A program made the position numbers and the translations under genes. The notes beneath the pieces were generated by a model, which had not been told where the DNA came from, did no database searches, and saw nothing but the letters and a program-made list of their open reading frames with translations. This document shows, in pieces, positions 52,766 through 64,000 of a DNA stretch of 64,000 nucleotides. Source of the stretch: Paramecium tetraurelia (lineage: Eukaryota); assembly GCA_000165425.1 (NCBI GenBank), contig CT868677.1, positions 1-64,000 on the forward strand. Reading direction: 5' to 3'. Position 1 is the stretch's first letter. Each line of letters opens with the position of its first letter.

Positions 52766-54676
52766 TTTTTAAGAAGAATTATTAATTGAATTCTTAAAGT
52801 TATTCGATTATCTATCCATAAAAAGAATCTTTTTTTAATCTAATTTAATCGGGATCATAAAATAACCCATAAAAAATATAATATAGCTATAGAATAATAT
52901 TAAATAATAAAAAGTTCAGTATAAAAATTTGCCCATTTTATTAATACATAAAATATATTATAAATTGGTTAGACGAATACTTTTAATCTAATTTCTCACA
53001 ACTTTAACAAAAACAGTAATATATTGTAAATCTATCTTCAAAATACTTTTAATTTCCAGAAATTGTTTTATTTAGAAAAATTATGATGAGATCTTAAATT
53101 TTATTAAATTTGATTCAAACAAAGTGATTTAACTCTCTTTAAGAGCTTGGCTAAAGTATTTTAGCAAAAGATTTTATATTTAATTGTTATAAAAACAGCC
53201 TATTCTTTCCTATTTGTTTGGATAATAACTTACTTAAAACTTCAGTTGAAATGTATATATATATATGAAAAATATAAATAAAGATATAGATTGTAAAAAG
53301 ATAATTAGAATGAAATCATGTTAACATTAGATTCAGTATCTATCCGCCATAAATTCACTTTAAGAAATTAAAAAGCTATGTTTTTCAAGAAATATAAATG
53401 AAGGCATTAAACTTAAATCTATAGATATTCTTTACAGTTTTATGAAGAATTTGTTTAGATTACTGTTAATTAAACAAATGTGTATAATGGATTCATGAAA
53501 TAAAACCTAAGAAAGAACTGTTTGGAGTTGGATCAACCACAAATATTCAATTAGCTTTACTATATATTAAGTAAATTTAAATCAGGCTTTATCTGATTTT
53601 GCTTAGCGATAATGAATATGAGCTAGAGAAATTCTTGAAATGAGAACTTCGTTATACATCTTAGCTATACACTTAACTGATTCAATTAGATTCATAATGG
53701 CCAGAATAAATTGTTGACAAGTCATAATTCTTTTATTTATTTAGTATAATTCGAAAATATTAGCATTCTTACCCTTACATATATCATTGTCACAAACTTG
53801 TAATAATCTAATAATCTAATAATATACTAATATATTTAATGATAGCTTCGATATTTAGACAATTCATTATTTTTATATTCTACATACTATATACACATTA
53901 AATTTAATCAAATTTCAACACTCAAAAATTCATCTAAGAAATAAGTTTAGCAAGCTTAATCCTTTTTATTTTTCTAAAACGAATAATTAAGAGCACTTCT
54001 ATTGAAATTATATTCACATTGGTTTCTTCTTATTGAATGTGAGCATCTACGATCAATTTTAATATTCTATGGCTATAAGTATCTATCTGCTTCTGAGTCT
54101 ATGTCAGTTTTGATCTATCTTGGAGGTGGATGGGGGAGTAGGTGTAATTGAGGATATTACATATTTTTTCTATTCCTAAACTATTAATTTCTTGATGATT
54201 CAATGATAGTAGATGCATCTTAAATCTTACTGAAAATCATAAGGTGTCTATGTAATTTAAAAATTTAGGAATTCCTTTTGTTTTGCATCTTTCCTAAATT
54301 TTAAATAATTTTTAAATTTAGATTTTTTAATAATATTATTAGTATATAAAAATATATGTTTAAGAAACTTCAGATTAGTAACTAAAATAGAGCAAAGATG
54401 TGAGTATATAAACCCACACTAAACAAATAGCATATTTATTTCTATTTATGATTATCTATAAATCACTTAATACCAAGGTCATTTAAATAATAAAATATCA
54501 ACAATCTATCATATGCAATTGATTTTATATAATAAAATAATAATGAACTATAAAATATATATAAATAATATTAACACTCTAATTACATAAATCATGTCTC
54601 AAAATAACAATTATTGAATAATTATAAGTAGATATTCTAAAAATTCACTAGAATTATATAATTTGTAATTTAGGAA

Positions 54677-56011
54677 TCATTATTATAATTCAACCATTTC
54701 ATAAGCACAACATCCCATAGTTGCAGGATCTAATCCTTCATGTTCTTCTTCTGTTGACACTCGTAAGTAACCTATTTTTTCAATAAATAGAAGAGTTATT
54801 AAATGAATGATTGCAGACCATCCAATGTAAATAAAGGATCCTAACATCTAAACTGCAAACTAATAGCCTCCTTTGCCATAAACAATCCCTGTATCCATAT
54901 CAAACCATGAAACTAAGTTGGCTCCCAACATTCCACATGCCTGAATAAGATAGAAATATCTACAAAGTGAATTGAAATAGCATCAACAGGATCATCTATC
55001 TATAGATTGAATAGGACTCTATTTGCAAAGACCATCATCATGCCTCCCAAGATTCCAATTACAAATGCTGCCCATGCATCAACATTGTCACATGGACTAG
55101 GATAATAAATATATTAGTTTACCCAGTGATGGCAACTAACCCAGCCAGATTGCCGTTACATATCATGACTAAGGAATATTTGTTGCCTTGATCAATGTTC
55201 ATTAAATAGAAAATAAAGAAAACAGTTAAAGCTCCAGAAGCTCCTGCAATGAAAGTATTCATGATAGCACGACTCATAAAAACACTAGCTCCATTGGCAA
55301 TGCCTAATGAGGACCCACCATTAAAGAAACACCAACAAACCCATAGAGAAAGACAAGCTAAAGTGATGTAAATTGGATTGTTAGGTTCAAAGTGTTCTGA
55401 ATACTTCGGATTGAATCTTTGATTTCTAGGTTTTAATAACATGGTTGTCATTAAAGCCCCCATACCAGCTGAAGCATGAATGGTACCACTGCCAGCATAA
55501 TCATGATATCCTAATTTCATTAACCAACCATTTCCAAATCCCCAATGAGCACAAAATGGGTAAATAACTGAAGAAAACACTACAGATAGTATAAAATATC
55601 CAATATAAGTCATGCGGCCAGCTGCACCTCCTGAAACTATGCTTGTAGCGGCAGAGGCAACAGCTGTTTAAAATGCAAACTCTGCCAAATGTTTAGAGTT
55701 TTTCATATCAAATCCAATATAAACTGATGATCCAACGAATTCTTTTGAATCATTTCCAAAAGCTATTGCATACCCAACTAGCCACCATATTACAATAGTA
55801 ACACAGGTGTTCATAAATATTTTGAGCATAATACTTTGCATGTCCTTATAGCGAAGACACCCACCTTCGAGGAATGCGAATCCAACTTGCATCAACAAAA
55901 CGAAAGCAGCACAAATACATAGATATCCCTAAAATAATTGATGTATTTTACAATGTCTATGGACTCCTTAAGTTGTTCCATACGCTCAATAGCTATACCT
56001 AGATCCGCCAT
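54677..56011 (-). CDS. amt: Ammonium transporter (Amt/Mep family)
   Basis: LMQVGFAFLEGG, IVSGGAAGR, HDYAGSGTIH, WCFFNGGS, NGNLAGLVAIT and IDDPVDAISIH (both pore histidines present); three introns. Confidence 0.96.
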
Positions 56012-56045
56012 TCTTTTTATTAAATTTATACAAAATAAGACAATA

Positions 56046-57202
56046 TCAATTTTATTTCTTCTCCAAGATCTTTTGTATCAATTTCTATTTCCAATATCTA
56101 TCCTATAGAATTGGCTCTGGTACTTTATAAACAAATGAACTATAGATCAATTATCAAAAGTACTTTTTAAAAGTTGTTTTGAATTGTCCATCATAAGATC
56201 GATTGCCTTAATGATGATTACTATTTTCTTGTCGAGGTGGTGCTTCTTCAATCTAATAATTGGGATAGTGAATTTTAGACAAGGCCTCTTTGAAGATCAT
56301 GGAACTCCCAGAGGCAAAAGGACCTCTGAATTAGACAAATAACAATATACAGTGATTTTTTTTTGGCAGATTCTGTGGGTTCCCAGTTATTAGCGCGATA
56401 GTTCTCTTGATAGGAGGTCTTGCCAATGAAGGGCAGAGTTCCAGTGCTTTACCCTCTCTATGGTCCCATTCTTTCAGTATGACAGGTCTTCCAATTGACA
56501 TAATTTTACTTATAGCTAGTGAGAGTGAGCATTTCAGCATTATCCTTAATGTAAGAGGGTTTGAAGTTGTCCTGGGGAGTAATTTTGGGAGTGCGAAAAG
56601 AAGTCTAAAGATATTAAATATCAAACTTCATATTGCGTTTGTAACTGAAGAGATTAAGCCATTGGAAGTTAGTCATACATCTTGATATTGAAATTTGAAT
56701 GGTCAATGGCATTCGGTTTTTTATAGACTTGATCGTAGGTGGTCTACTTTTTCTAGGGAAGGGACACTTTTATTTCTTGTATTCTGTTTTGTTGTCTCTC
56801 TTGCATGTACAAACCAAGTAGATTAACGAAATACTCTTGATTATCCATAATCAATCGTTCCAGATTGAAGTTTGGATCTTGTTGTATTTCTGTGGGAATC
56901 AACTCCAACCAAATGGGATCGTCAATTGGTACTAAGTCTAAAATTGAAGTATTTTGAGTTTTGACACTATCCGAAGGAGTAGGCGTGGTAGTTCGAGATT
57001 TTACTGAATGAGTAGGCTGAGATGGACGAGAATGTTGTGATTTAGCCAATTTGTCATGAGGATCAATAATTTCACCTTTGTTGTTTTTGTATACTATTCT
57101 TTTCTTTCCCTTGCTCTCGTATCTACTGTAACTCTACATAGAGCCTTCGGTTGGTGATCGCACCAAAAGAGTTTGTTGAGATGGCTACAATAAACCTTGC
57201 AT
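56046..57202 (-). CDS. Putative SAXO/STOP-type (Mn-motif) microtubule-associated protein
   Basis: Repeated T-S/T-Y/F-x3-Y/F motifs (LTSYKQNYVNW, KTSYQENYR, KTTFKNSF) separated by Pro-containing linkers; two introns. Confidence 0.5.
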
Positions 57203-58128
57203 AATTATTAATTAACATGAAATAGAAGATTGTTTTAATTAATTTGTATTGATTTCATTGTTTTTTGCAATCCGATATCTCCACTTTTTTATTATCGCCT
57301 CCTTTACTATCATTCTTGAATTGATTAACAAAAATGCTGATTTTTATGTCAGTTTCATTTTCACCAACTTCTTAATCTTCTTTATTATCTAATTCTGCCA
57401 TTCAAAAGAATAAGGAACCATAGAATACAAGAACTTTGTGTCAATATAAATGGTGTTCATTCGTTAAATTTTCTTTTATTTATTCTTTTTCTTTATCCAA
57501 ATCCTTCATATCACTGAAATCGAAAACTTTAATTAAATTGAAGAACCTGTCTGCTATCAAAATTTTCAACAATTTTTAAAGCTCCAGTTTCTTGTTCTTT
57601 AGACATCATTTATGCATATTATTATAAACTAAAATAATTAATCTTAATAACTTACTTTATTTTTCAATAAAACTTTCTTTTGAATTGTAAAATCGCATAT
57701 GCATTAATTCACTCTTTATAGATCTGTCTACATTTCATTCAAAAACTAATTTCTTTCTAAGAAACTCTTATTAATATTGTTCTCCTCTTGTTTTGAAATT
57801 CAACTTTCTCAAGAATTGGCAGTACATTCCAATTCTCTCATTAATATGACAAAAGTCAGCTTGTAATATAAAAATCCAATTTTATCTATAAAAGTCAAGT
57901 TTTATTAAACTTATGATTAGATTACCTACTCATATTAAGTTAATTTAAGACAATCTTATTCATTATGAATTATTGATATTTGTTCTTCTAACTCTTCATT
58001 TTATTATTGTTTTCATTCAGAAGATGGATCAGCGCTGTATATACTCCTCAAACAAGAGAATGATGGTGTTAATATAGCCATAAGCTTGTCAATATTTGAG
58101 TTCTCTTGTTTGCTTATTAAAAATTATA

Positions 58129-59468
58129 ATGAATTAGTAAAAGCAATTCAAATTCATACTCTAATATCTAGAATTCAGTTCCAAATCAGATCAATAGTAG
58201 TACGAATTAACAATCTCATTGAAACGCAGTACAGCTGTTCAATAAGTTATTGCCAAATTATCAATCAAGAACCCTGAGAGAACAATGACAATTTGTCGTC
58301 TTCCAATTGATTAAGTAGTTGAGTTTCAACAACGCATGGTGAAAAAGGATGGAATTTATGCTGACTCTAATGTAAACCCTCCTTATCTAGCTAGATCAAA
58401 TTCCTTTTCTATTTGGCTGGTAATCAGTTGCTTGGTGATTGTGTAATCAATTTAGCATACTTTCTCGATGGCGGAGCACCTCAAGATTAAAAACAAAAAA
58501 AACCACTCACATCTACAACAGATAAGAGAGCTGCTTTGCTCTTTAAAGTGATTAAGGATTCAATGATCGATACTTTAGATTATCCAATTGCAGATGTGCC
58601 TGCCCCAGTTATTGGGCATACTCCTCAGACAGCACGAACATCGAGTACTAGGAAGATAGAATCTAGAACAACCAGAGCTCGTAGTCAATCCCCACCTAAA
58701 GAGTTTAAGAGCAATATAATGGTTAGTAAGGCGAATGAATAATAAGTGTAACCAACTATTTCATAATCCTAATTCTAATAGCAAACATAATAGGATAATC
58801 TCACTTAAAAGTTTGTGCAGTTGGGTGAGAAATTTCAATAATAGAAATAGCAGTAGATTACACTACCACCACAATAACCACCTCCTTAAGAATATGATAA
58901 TTTCAAAGAAATCACTGATCTTCTGTCTCAATAAGAGGCTGAATTGGAAAAACAGATTGAGCAACTGGACATTCATATCAAATCTGATGGGAAGTTTTAG
59001 AAGATTTTTGATGATTCCACTTTCAATAATTTTGACGTTAGTTCTTAAGATTCTGAAATCTAATAATGGAAATAGAAGTGTGCAGAACTTGAAGACAAAT
59101 TCAATAAGGTTCAGGATGAAAATTAGCATTTGACTATCATTATCAGATAATAGAGTGAACAATTAAAGAAAATGAATCAGAGATCTCAATCTGGTTATAA
59201 GCAAATGAATGATAATGCTCTCAATCAATCCACTACGTCGAATCAAGAATAGTATGAGAAAACTATTGAGAAGAAAAATTAAGTCATCAAAGAGTTATCT
59301 AATTAATTGTTAGAATTAGAGAAGAACGCTAATATCAATGTGATTGATTAGTTGAAGAATTAAATTGGGAGATTAGAATAATAAATGTAGGAGAAAGAGG
59401 ATTAGTGGTTGGCATAAGAAAGAATTTATAAGGATAAAATAATTTAATTGTTATAAAATGCAGAATGA
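58129..59468 (+). CDS. NT-C2-like (EEIG1/EHBP1-type) domain plus coiled-coil protein
   Basis: YELTISLKRS..., LLGDCVINLAYFL and DKRAALLFKV beta-sandwich pattern, then a P/Q-rich linker and coiled coil; TGA at 59466-59468. Confidence 0.6.
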
Positions 59469-59473
59469 ATTTA

Positions 59474-60514
59474 TCAACCAAAAACTTTGTTTATTTGTTC
59501 ACATTCTGCTTTATATTCACCATTAAATTCTCCATAATTTATTAATAATTATTGAATCGTCTGATTTTCTTTGGCTATCACATGAGACATCTCTGAAAAT
59601 AATTCATGCAAGATCACCCAATGCAAATTCACTTAATGCATTCCATCTTCCTATAAAATCACAGTCCAAAATGAGATCAAAGGACTCTTCATATCCACCA
59701 TCATTTTCATGTTGTTCGGTGAAAAACAAAGAGATCCTTATGGCCCCAAATGCACAGACATATATTCTGATCTTAAACCTGTGAAACTGAGTCCCTTGTA
59801 AGGATCTGGATACTCAAAGACTCCTTTAGGGTCTACAACACATATAGGTAGATGCTGAATTAGTTTCTTGGTGTGTTCAAAATTGATCACTTCAAAGACC
59901 CAATTATGATTAACATAACTTAAACAGGGTTCTTACTTCATTGGTTCAAGTATTTTCTTATTGGAGAGTGAACTAATAATCCAACTGAATTTGATATTGG
60001 GTGATTAATGAAATTACAATGGATGAAATTGCATGATCTTAAAATCTTCTTCATGTTCATTTTCATTTTCATTTTGTTACACCAATTAAGGCTCAACCTC
60101 AATTTACTGCATTTATTATTGTTATTATTATTCTTACTGTTGCTTTTATTTACCTTATTTTTTATTTTACTTTTTGCCTCCCTTCTTGTTGTTTTCTTTG
60201 GGAGGTGGCTTATTATGAATTATTTATTCAGGGATGTCATGCAAAATCTTAAGCACGTTGGCAGGCAAATTCACCTTACTTCCTTTGCTATAGTAGTTGC
60301 CTTCACTTAGATTCAAATCCATTTAAATCAACACATCGACGGTCAAAAAATGATATTGATTTCTAGAGTATTTGCCAATAACAGGTATTGCTGGATCGCC
60401 AGTAAAAACATTTGTAAGGGATGTAGATTCACATTTATTTCCGATCCTGAGTAAGAATGAAAATTAATCAGGAGGAGATTTCTGTATTTCTTTTATATCT
60501 ACGATTTATTACAT
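59474..60514 (-). CDS. Hypothetical protein with a central K/Q-rich linker
   Basis: Intronless code-6 ORF MQQIVDIKEIQKSPP...EQINKVFG-TGA. Confidence 0.7.
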
Positions 60515-60579
60515 AAATTTAATTAATGAACTATGTGATGTCATAATTAGTTAATTATTTAAAAAACATGAGTACAAAG

Positions 60580-61280
60580 TCATTCGTAGTTGCTGTATGC
60601 GCAACTCAAATAAGAATACGGGTCTTCCTTATAAGTCGGAGCCTACTCATCGAATTCCCCACTTGAGTATTCCTCTTTGATTGATTACTCTTTTGATTCC
60701 TCCATCAAAGAGTCATTCGATTCCTCCTTCTTAGGGAGACTCAAGAATTTGTCATAAGGCTGTTCTTTTTTCAACTCCGCCTTCAAATGCTCGATTGCTT
60801 GAATGTACATTTGTTTGGTTGATTGATCCTTGATCTTATTGTTCACAAGTACACAGATCTCAGCCTGAGTACCCAAGAACTCAATCCACTTAGTCTGAGT
60901 CTCCATCTGAATGATTTTAGTTCGAGGATTGATGGCACCAAATAACTTCTTGAGATCTCCCAACTCAAACTTTTATTATTTTGAGGTCTTCTTCTTATGA
61001 ATGGCTCTCAGATACCCATCGACCTATTTGTATCCCATCTCTTCTGCCCAATGCATAAATTGGTTCATAAAGAAGGGCACTATTCGCCTTTAGAAATTAT
61101 GTTATTTCTTGACTGAATAAGGCACTTCTCTTTGCTGTTATTGTGGTTTTATGGTGAAATGAGTATTGATAACATCCAATAATCGTTCATCTATTTGAAT
61201 TATAACCTTCCCGTTGCATTTTTTAAGAATCTAAATAATATTATTATAGATCATACTTGATAAGTGTAATCTTCTTACAT
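60580..61280 (-). CDS. Hypothetical protein
   Basis: MQEDYTYQ, a 28-nt intron, then ...RRIVPFFMNQFMHWAEEM...YSNYE-TGA. Confidence 0.7.
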
Positions 61281-61390
61281 TTTATTTCTAATAATCAAAT
61301 TTCATATGAAAATTTAGAATTGAATAAATTTTTCATTACAAATTTCAACAATTTTCATGGAATTTTCATTATATAAATAAAATAAATTAA

Positions 61391-63022
61391 TCACTCTTAT
61401 TAAGTATATGGGCATAATTCTCTAATTACCATATCACTTATCCTGATCTCCATCCCAATAGCCACATCCAAAGTGGTTTCATCGTAATTATGGATTTTCC
61501 CTCTCAAATACTAAGCAAATCTCTATAACATCGGCCCATTTGCCATTATCAATCTGTAATGAATCTCATTCCTATTTATCCTATTCACTACTTCTTCTGG
61601 TTTTAATCCACAGGGACATCCCTCATCCCATAACTCACTATACCCTCCAAATTCCTTCCCATGTGGAGGCTAATCACAGATGTGAAAAATATATCTCAAA
61701 CTTGGTAGAGTAGAACTATCCCTCCAACTTATCTTCTTAACCGCCTCATTCAAACCATCCAAGGCTGCCTCAGCTCCATCTCCTCCCCCATAGCAATCTG
61801 CCTATTTAATAATTGAGATAATCTCAGATCTTGAACATAAATTATGAACCTCGGTTACATATGTCAACTCTTACGGAGGATGATCTCGATAGCATACCAA
61901 ACCAAACTTCACACTAACTTATTCCTCCAAAGATTGCTATTTTATTTTATTTACAATCATCTCCACAGCCTCTGTAGTTCTCTCAAGGTAAGGATCCATC
62001 GACCCTGTTGTATCAACAACAAATACACAGTCTACCATTCCGAATTCACATTCTGGTACTTATGACTGCATTATAGATTGAGATTATATGACCTTTTACT
62101 CATTTGGCATCTTGCTTTATAATTTGGCATGTTCTTTCTCACTTTGTCCATCTTCTTTATTCTGAATTTGAAGTAAGAGTTTTGAATCCTCTTTATTCCC
62201 TGTTACTTGTGGAGAAGCATCTTTCTTGATGTATTCATCCTTATTATTCATGTTATGATCCTTTACTTATATCGAATTCAATTCTTCATTTGATTTAGGG
62301 TATTTAGTGATTGAATTCATCTTTGATTTTTAGGTTACAAACAAGTCAGTTAAACTCAGTAAAGTCTTTTTACCTTATGCTGAATTTGATGTAACTATGG
62401 CTTCCTATTATTTAATTTTCTTATTGGGTTCTTCCTATTTTTACTTTTCTTTTTATTAAGTATTAATATTTTGATTCACTGTTCGTGGTTTTAGAAAAGA
62501 TGTAGATGAATTGCTTTTAATGGAACTTTAACCCTACCTATTTCCTTAATAAAAAATTGATTTCCACCAGTCCTAAGAAGCTTTTTTATTATTTGCATCC
62601 TATTGCTACTCCTTATTTTTATCATTTTATATAATCACTTTTATACTTTATTAATCACCTCCTAGTATTTAACTTACATCGACTTATTCTTATTATTCTT
62701 ACTAATCCTTAGCTACTTTAAGCAGTTTGTGATTATCCAATACTTTTGATTAGATATTGTCATCCCTCGGATTTGTATTTTTAAAGAATTCCTTCAAAGT
62801 TTTTTAAGTAGTCTATAGACTCTTAACATTTTATTTATCCTATTTTATCTCCTTCTTACTGGCTTATAATTGGATCATCCGACCCTACTTTTATGGAACT
62901 TAATCTGAATGTTTTTGATTAATCTTGTTTTGTCTTTAATGTTCTATGGAATTAGGAAATCTGCTCAAGTATTGTTCAGCTTCTTTTATAGTTCGCTCAA
63001 TTGATTTGGATCGCTTAGCCAT
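61391..63022 (-). CDS. von Willebrand A domain protein (alpha-kinase-associated vWA type) with a helical N-terminus
   Basis: DCVFVVDTTGSM (MIDAS-like), FGLVCYRDH, GGGDGAEA..GL, ISWR and ICDQPPHG. Confidence 0.85.
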
Positions 63023-63097
63023 AATATAATAAAATTTGATTTGCTTTGGTCATAATTATGTCGGATTTATGTGTTTTTTATACGATAATAAATACTC

Positions 63098-64000
63098 TCA
63101 TGATAATTTAGGAAACTCCTACTCGTTGGTAACATCCACCTTCTATTATTATTACTAGGCGACTTATTATGGCTCTTTTTTGGTAAATTCAGTTTCAGGG
63201 GCATTCTCATAAAATGACCTTTTGGATTTAATCAAATCAATAGCCACATCAATTTAATTTAGATAAAATGGGGCAGCCACTTTAATTTAATCAAAATATT
63301 GGAAAGTAGTTAAATCATGTTATATGAATTGATTCTAAAATTTAATAGATAATTAATACTCCTTCTTTTTTCTCGAACTTTTAGAGGTAAGAAACCACAC
63401 TATCGCACAACTCTAAAAAACTATAAAATACATTAATTTACTTAATAAGTCCTCTCTCGCTGTGTTAGATTCTTCACCAACTTACTCTTCTTCACTTTCT
63501 TCTTCTTCAACTTCAATTTCTTCAGGAGCATCAGGATCTTCAACCTATATTCTATTGTAATGTCTTTCAATCTTCTTGGTATGCTTCTCCTCTGTCTTCT
63601 TGATCTTGTCTATCTTCGAAAGGATGTAATCTCTGTGTCTTTGTAATTCCTGTTAATTTTAATATTAATCCTTCAATTTAATATAGGCTTGGATGAGGGT
63701 GAGCACTCTTGAAGCAACTCCAAGTTGGAATTGGATCCTGTCTCTTTAATTCATGATGGTGTATTTGAAATTTTATTGGTCCTTTGTAATCTTTGATATG
63801 GCTTCATTATCCTCAGCACTTTTCTCTTATTTATTTGTCAAAGCCTTCAATTTCTATTTGTTTTGATGGTATTTAGAGCGATCATCAGAATACTTTGCAA
63901 GTGTCTCTCTCAAGTGCTGCAATTTCTAGGCTGAGAATTCGTATTCATCTTGAACCAATTTAAAAGTTCCTAAACTTACTAAATGTTAGGATGTAGATGC
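63098..64000 (-). CDS. BFR1-like coiled-coil protein, 3' part (the 5' end lies beyond the window)
   Basis: Coiled coil, an acidic tract, ELCDSVVSYLQK and HDLTTFQYFDQIKVAAPFYLNQIDVAIDLIKSKRSFY; ends EFPKLS-TGA. Confidence 0.6.

Noticed and set aside
59600..59860. VHLGPQGSL resembling a SPOUT/RsmE methyltransferase motif
   Set aside because: It is a single short resemblance with no supporting motifs; a profile search would be needed.

Overview
This is the left end of a ciliate macronuclear chromosome, almost certainly Paramecium (aurelia-type). It opens with mixed C4A2/C3A3 telomeric repeats and is very AT-rich and gene-dense. It uses the ciliate nuclear code (TAA/TAG = Gln, only TGA = stop) and has 20-31 nt GT-AG introns, so the supplied ORF track is fragmented and mostly misleading. 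Re-reading by hand in code 6 gives about 30 genes: a cyclic-nucleotide phosphodiesterase, a membrane-anchored bZIP factor, an RFC small subunit, an NPHP3-type STAND/NACHT-like protein, a SERBP1/Stm1-like protein, VPS15, a Tubby protein, a PUF protein, a WD40 protein, a Vti1-like SNARE, PDCD5, a mitochondrial carrier, an alpha/beta hydrolase, two tandem Ser/Thr kinases, an Amt ammonium transporter, a SAXO-like protein, an NT-C2 protein, a vWA protein, a BFR1-like protein and several hypotheticals, separated by decayed gene relics. The most interesting candidate is a bZIP with two C-terminal transmembrane helices and a KKxx end, a possible ER-tethered, regulated-release transcription factor. Many otherwise intact genes in the first ~30 kb carry single-base indels, most likely assembly errors near the chromosome end. 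All gene models come from manual translation and family calls from motif recognition, not database searches.
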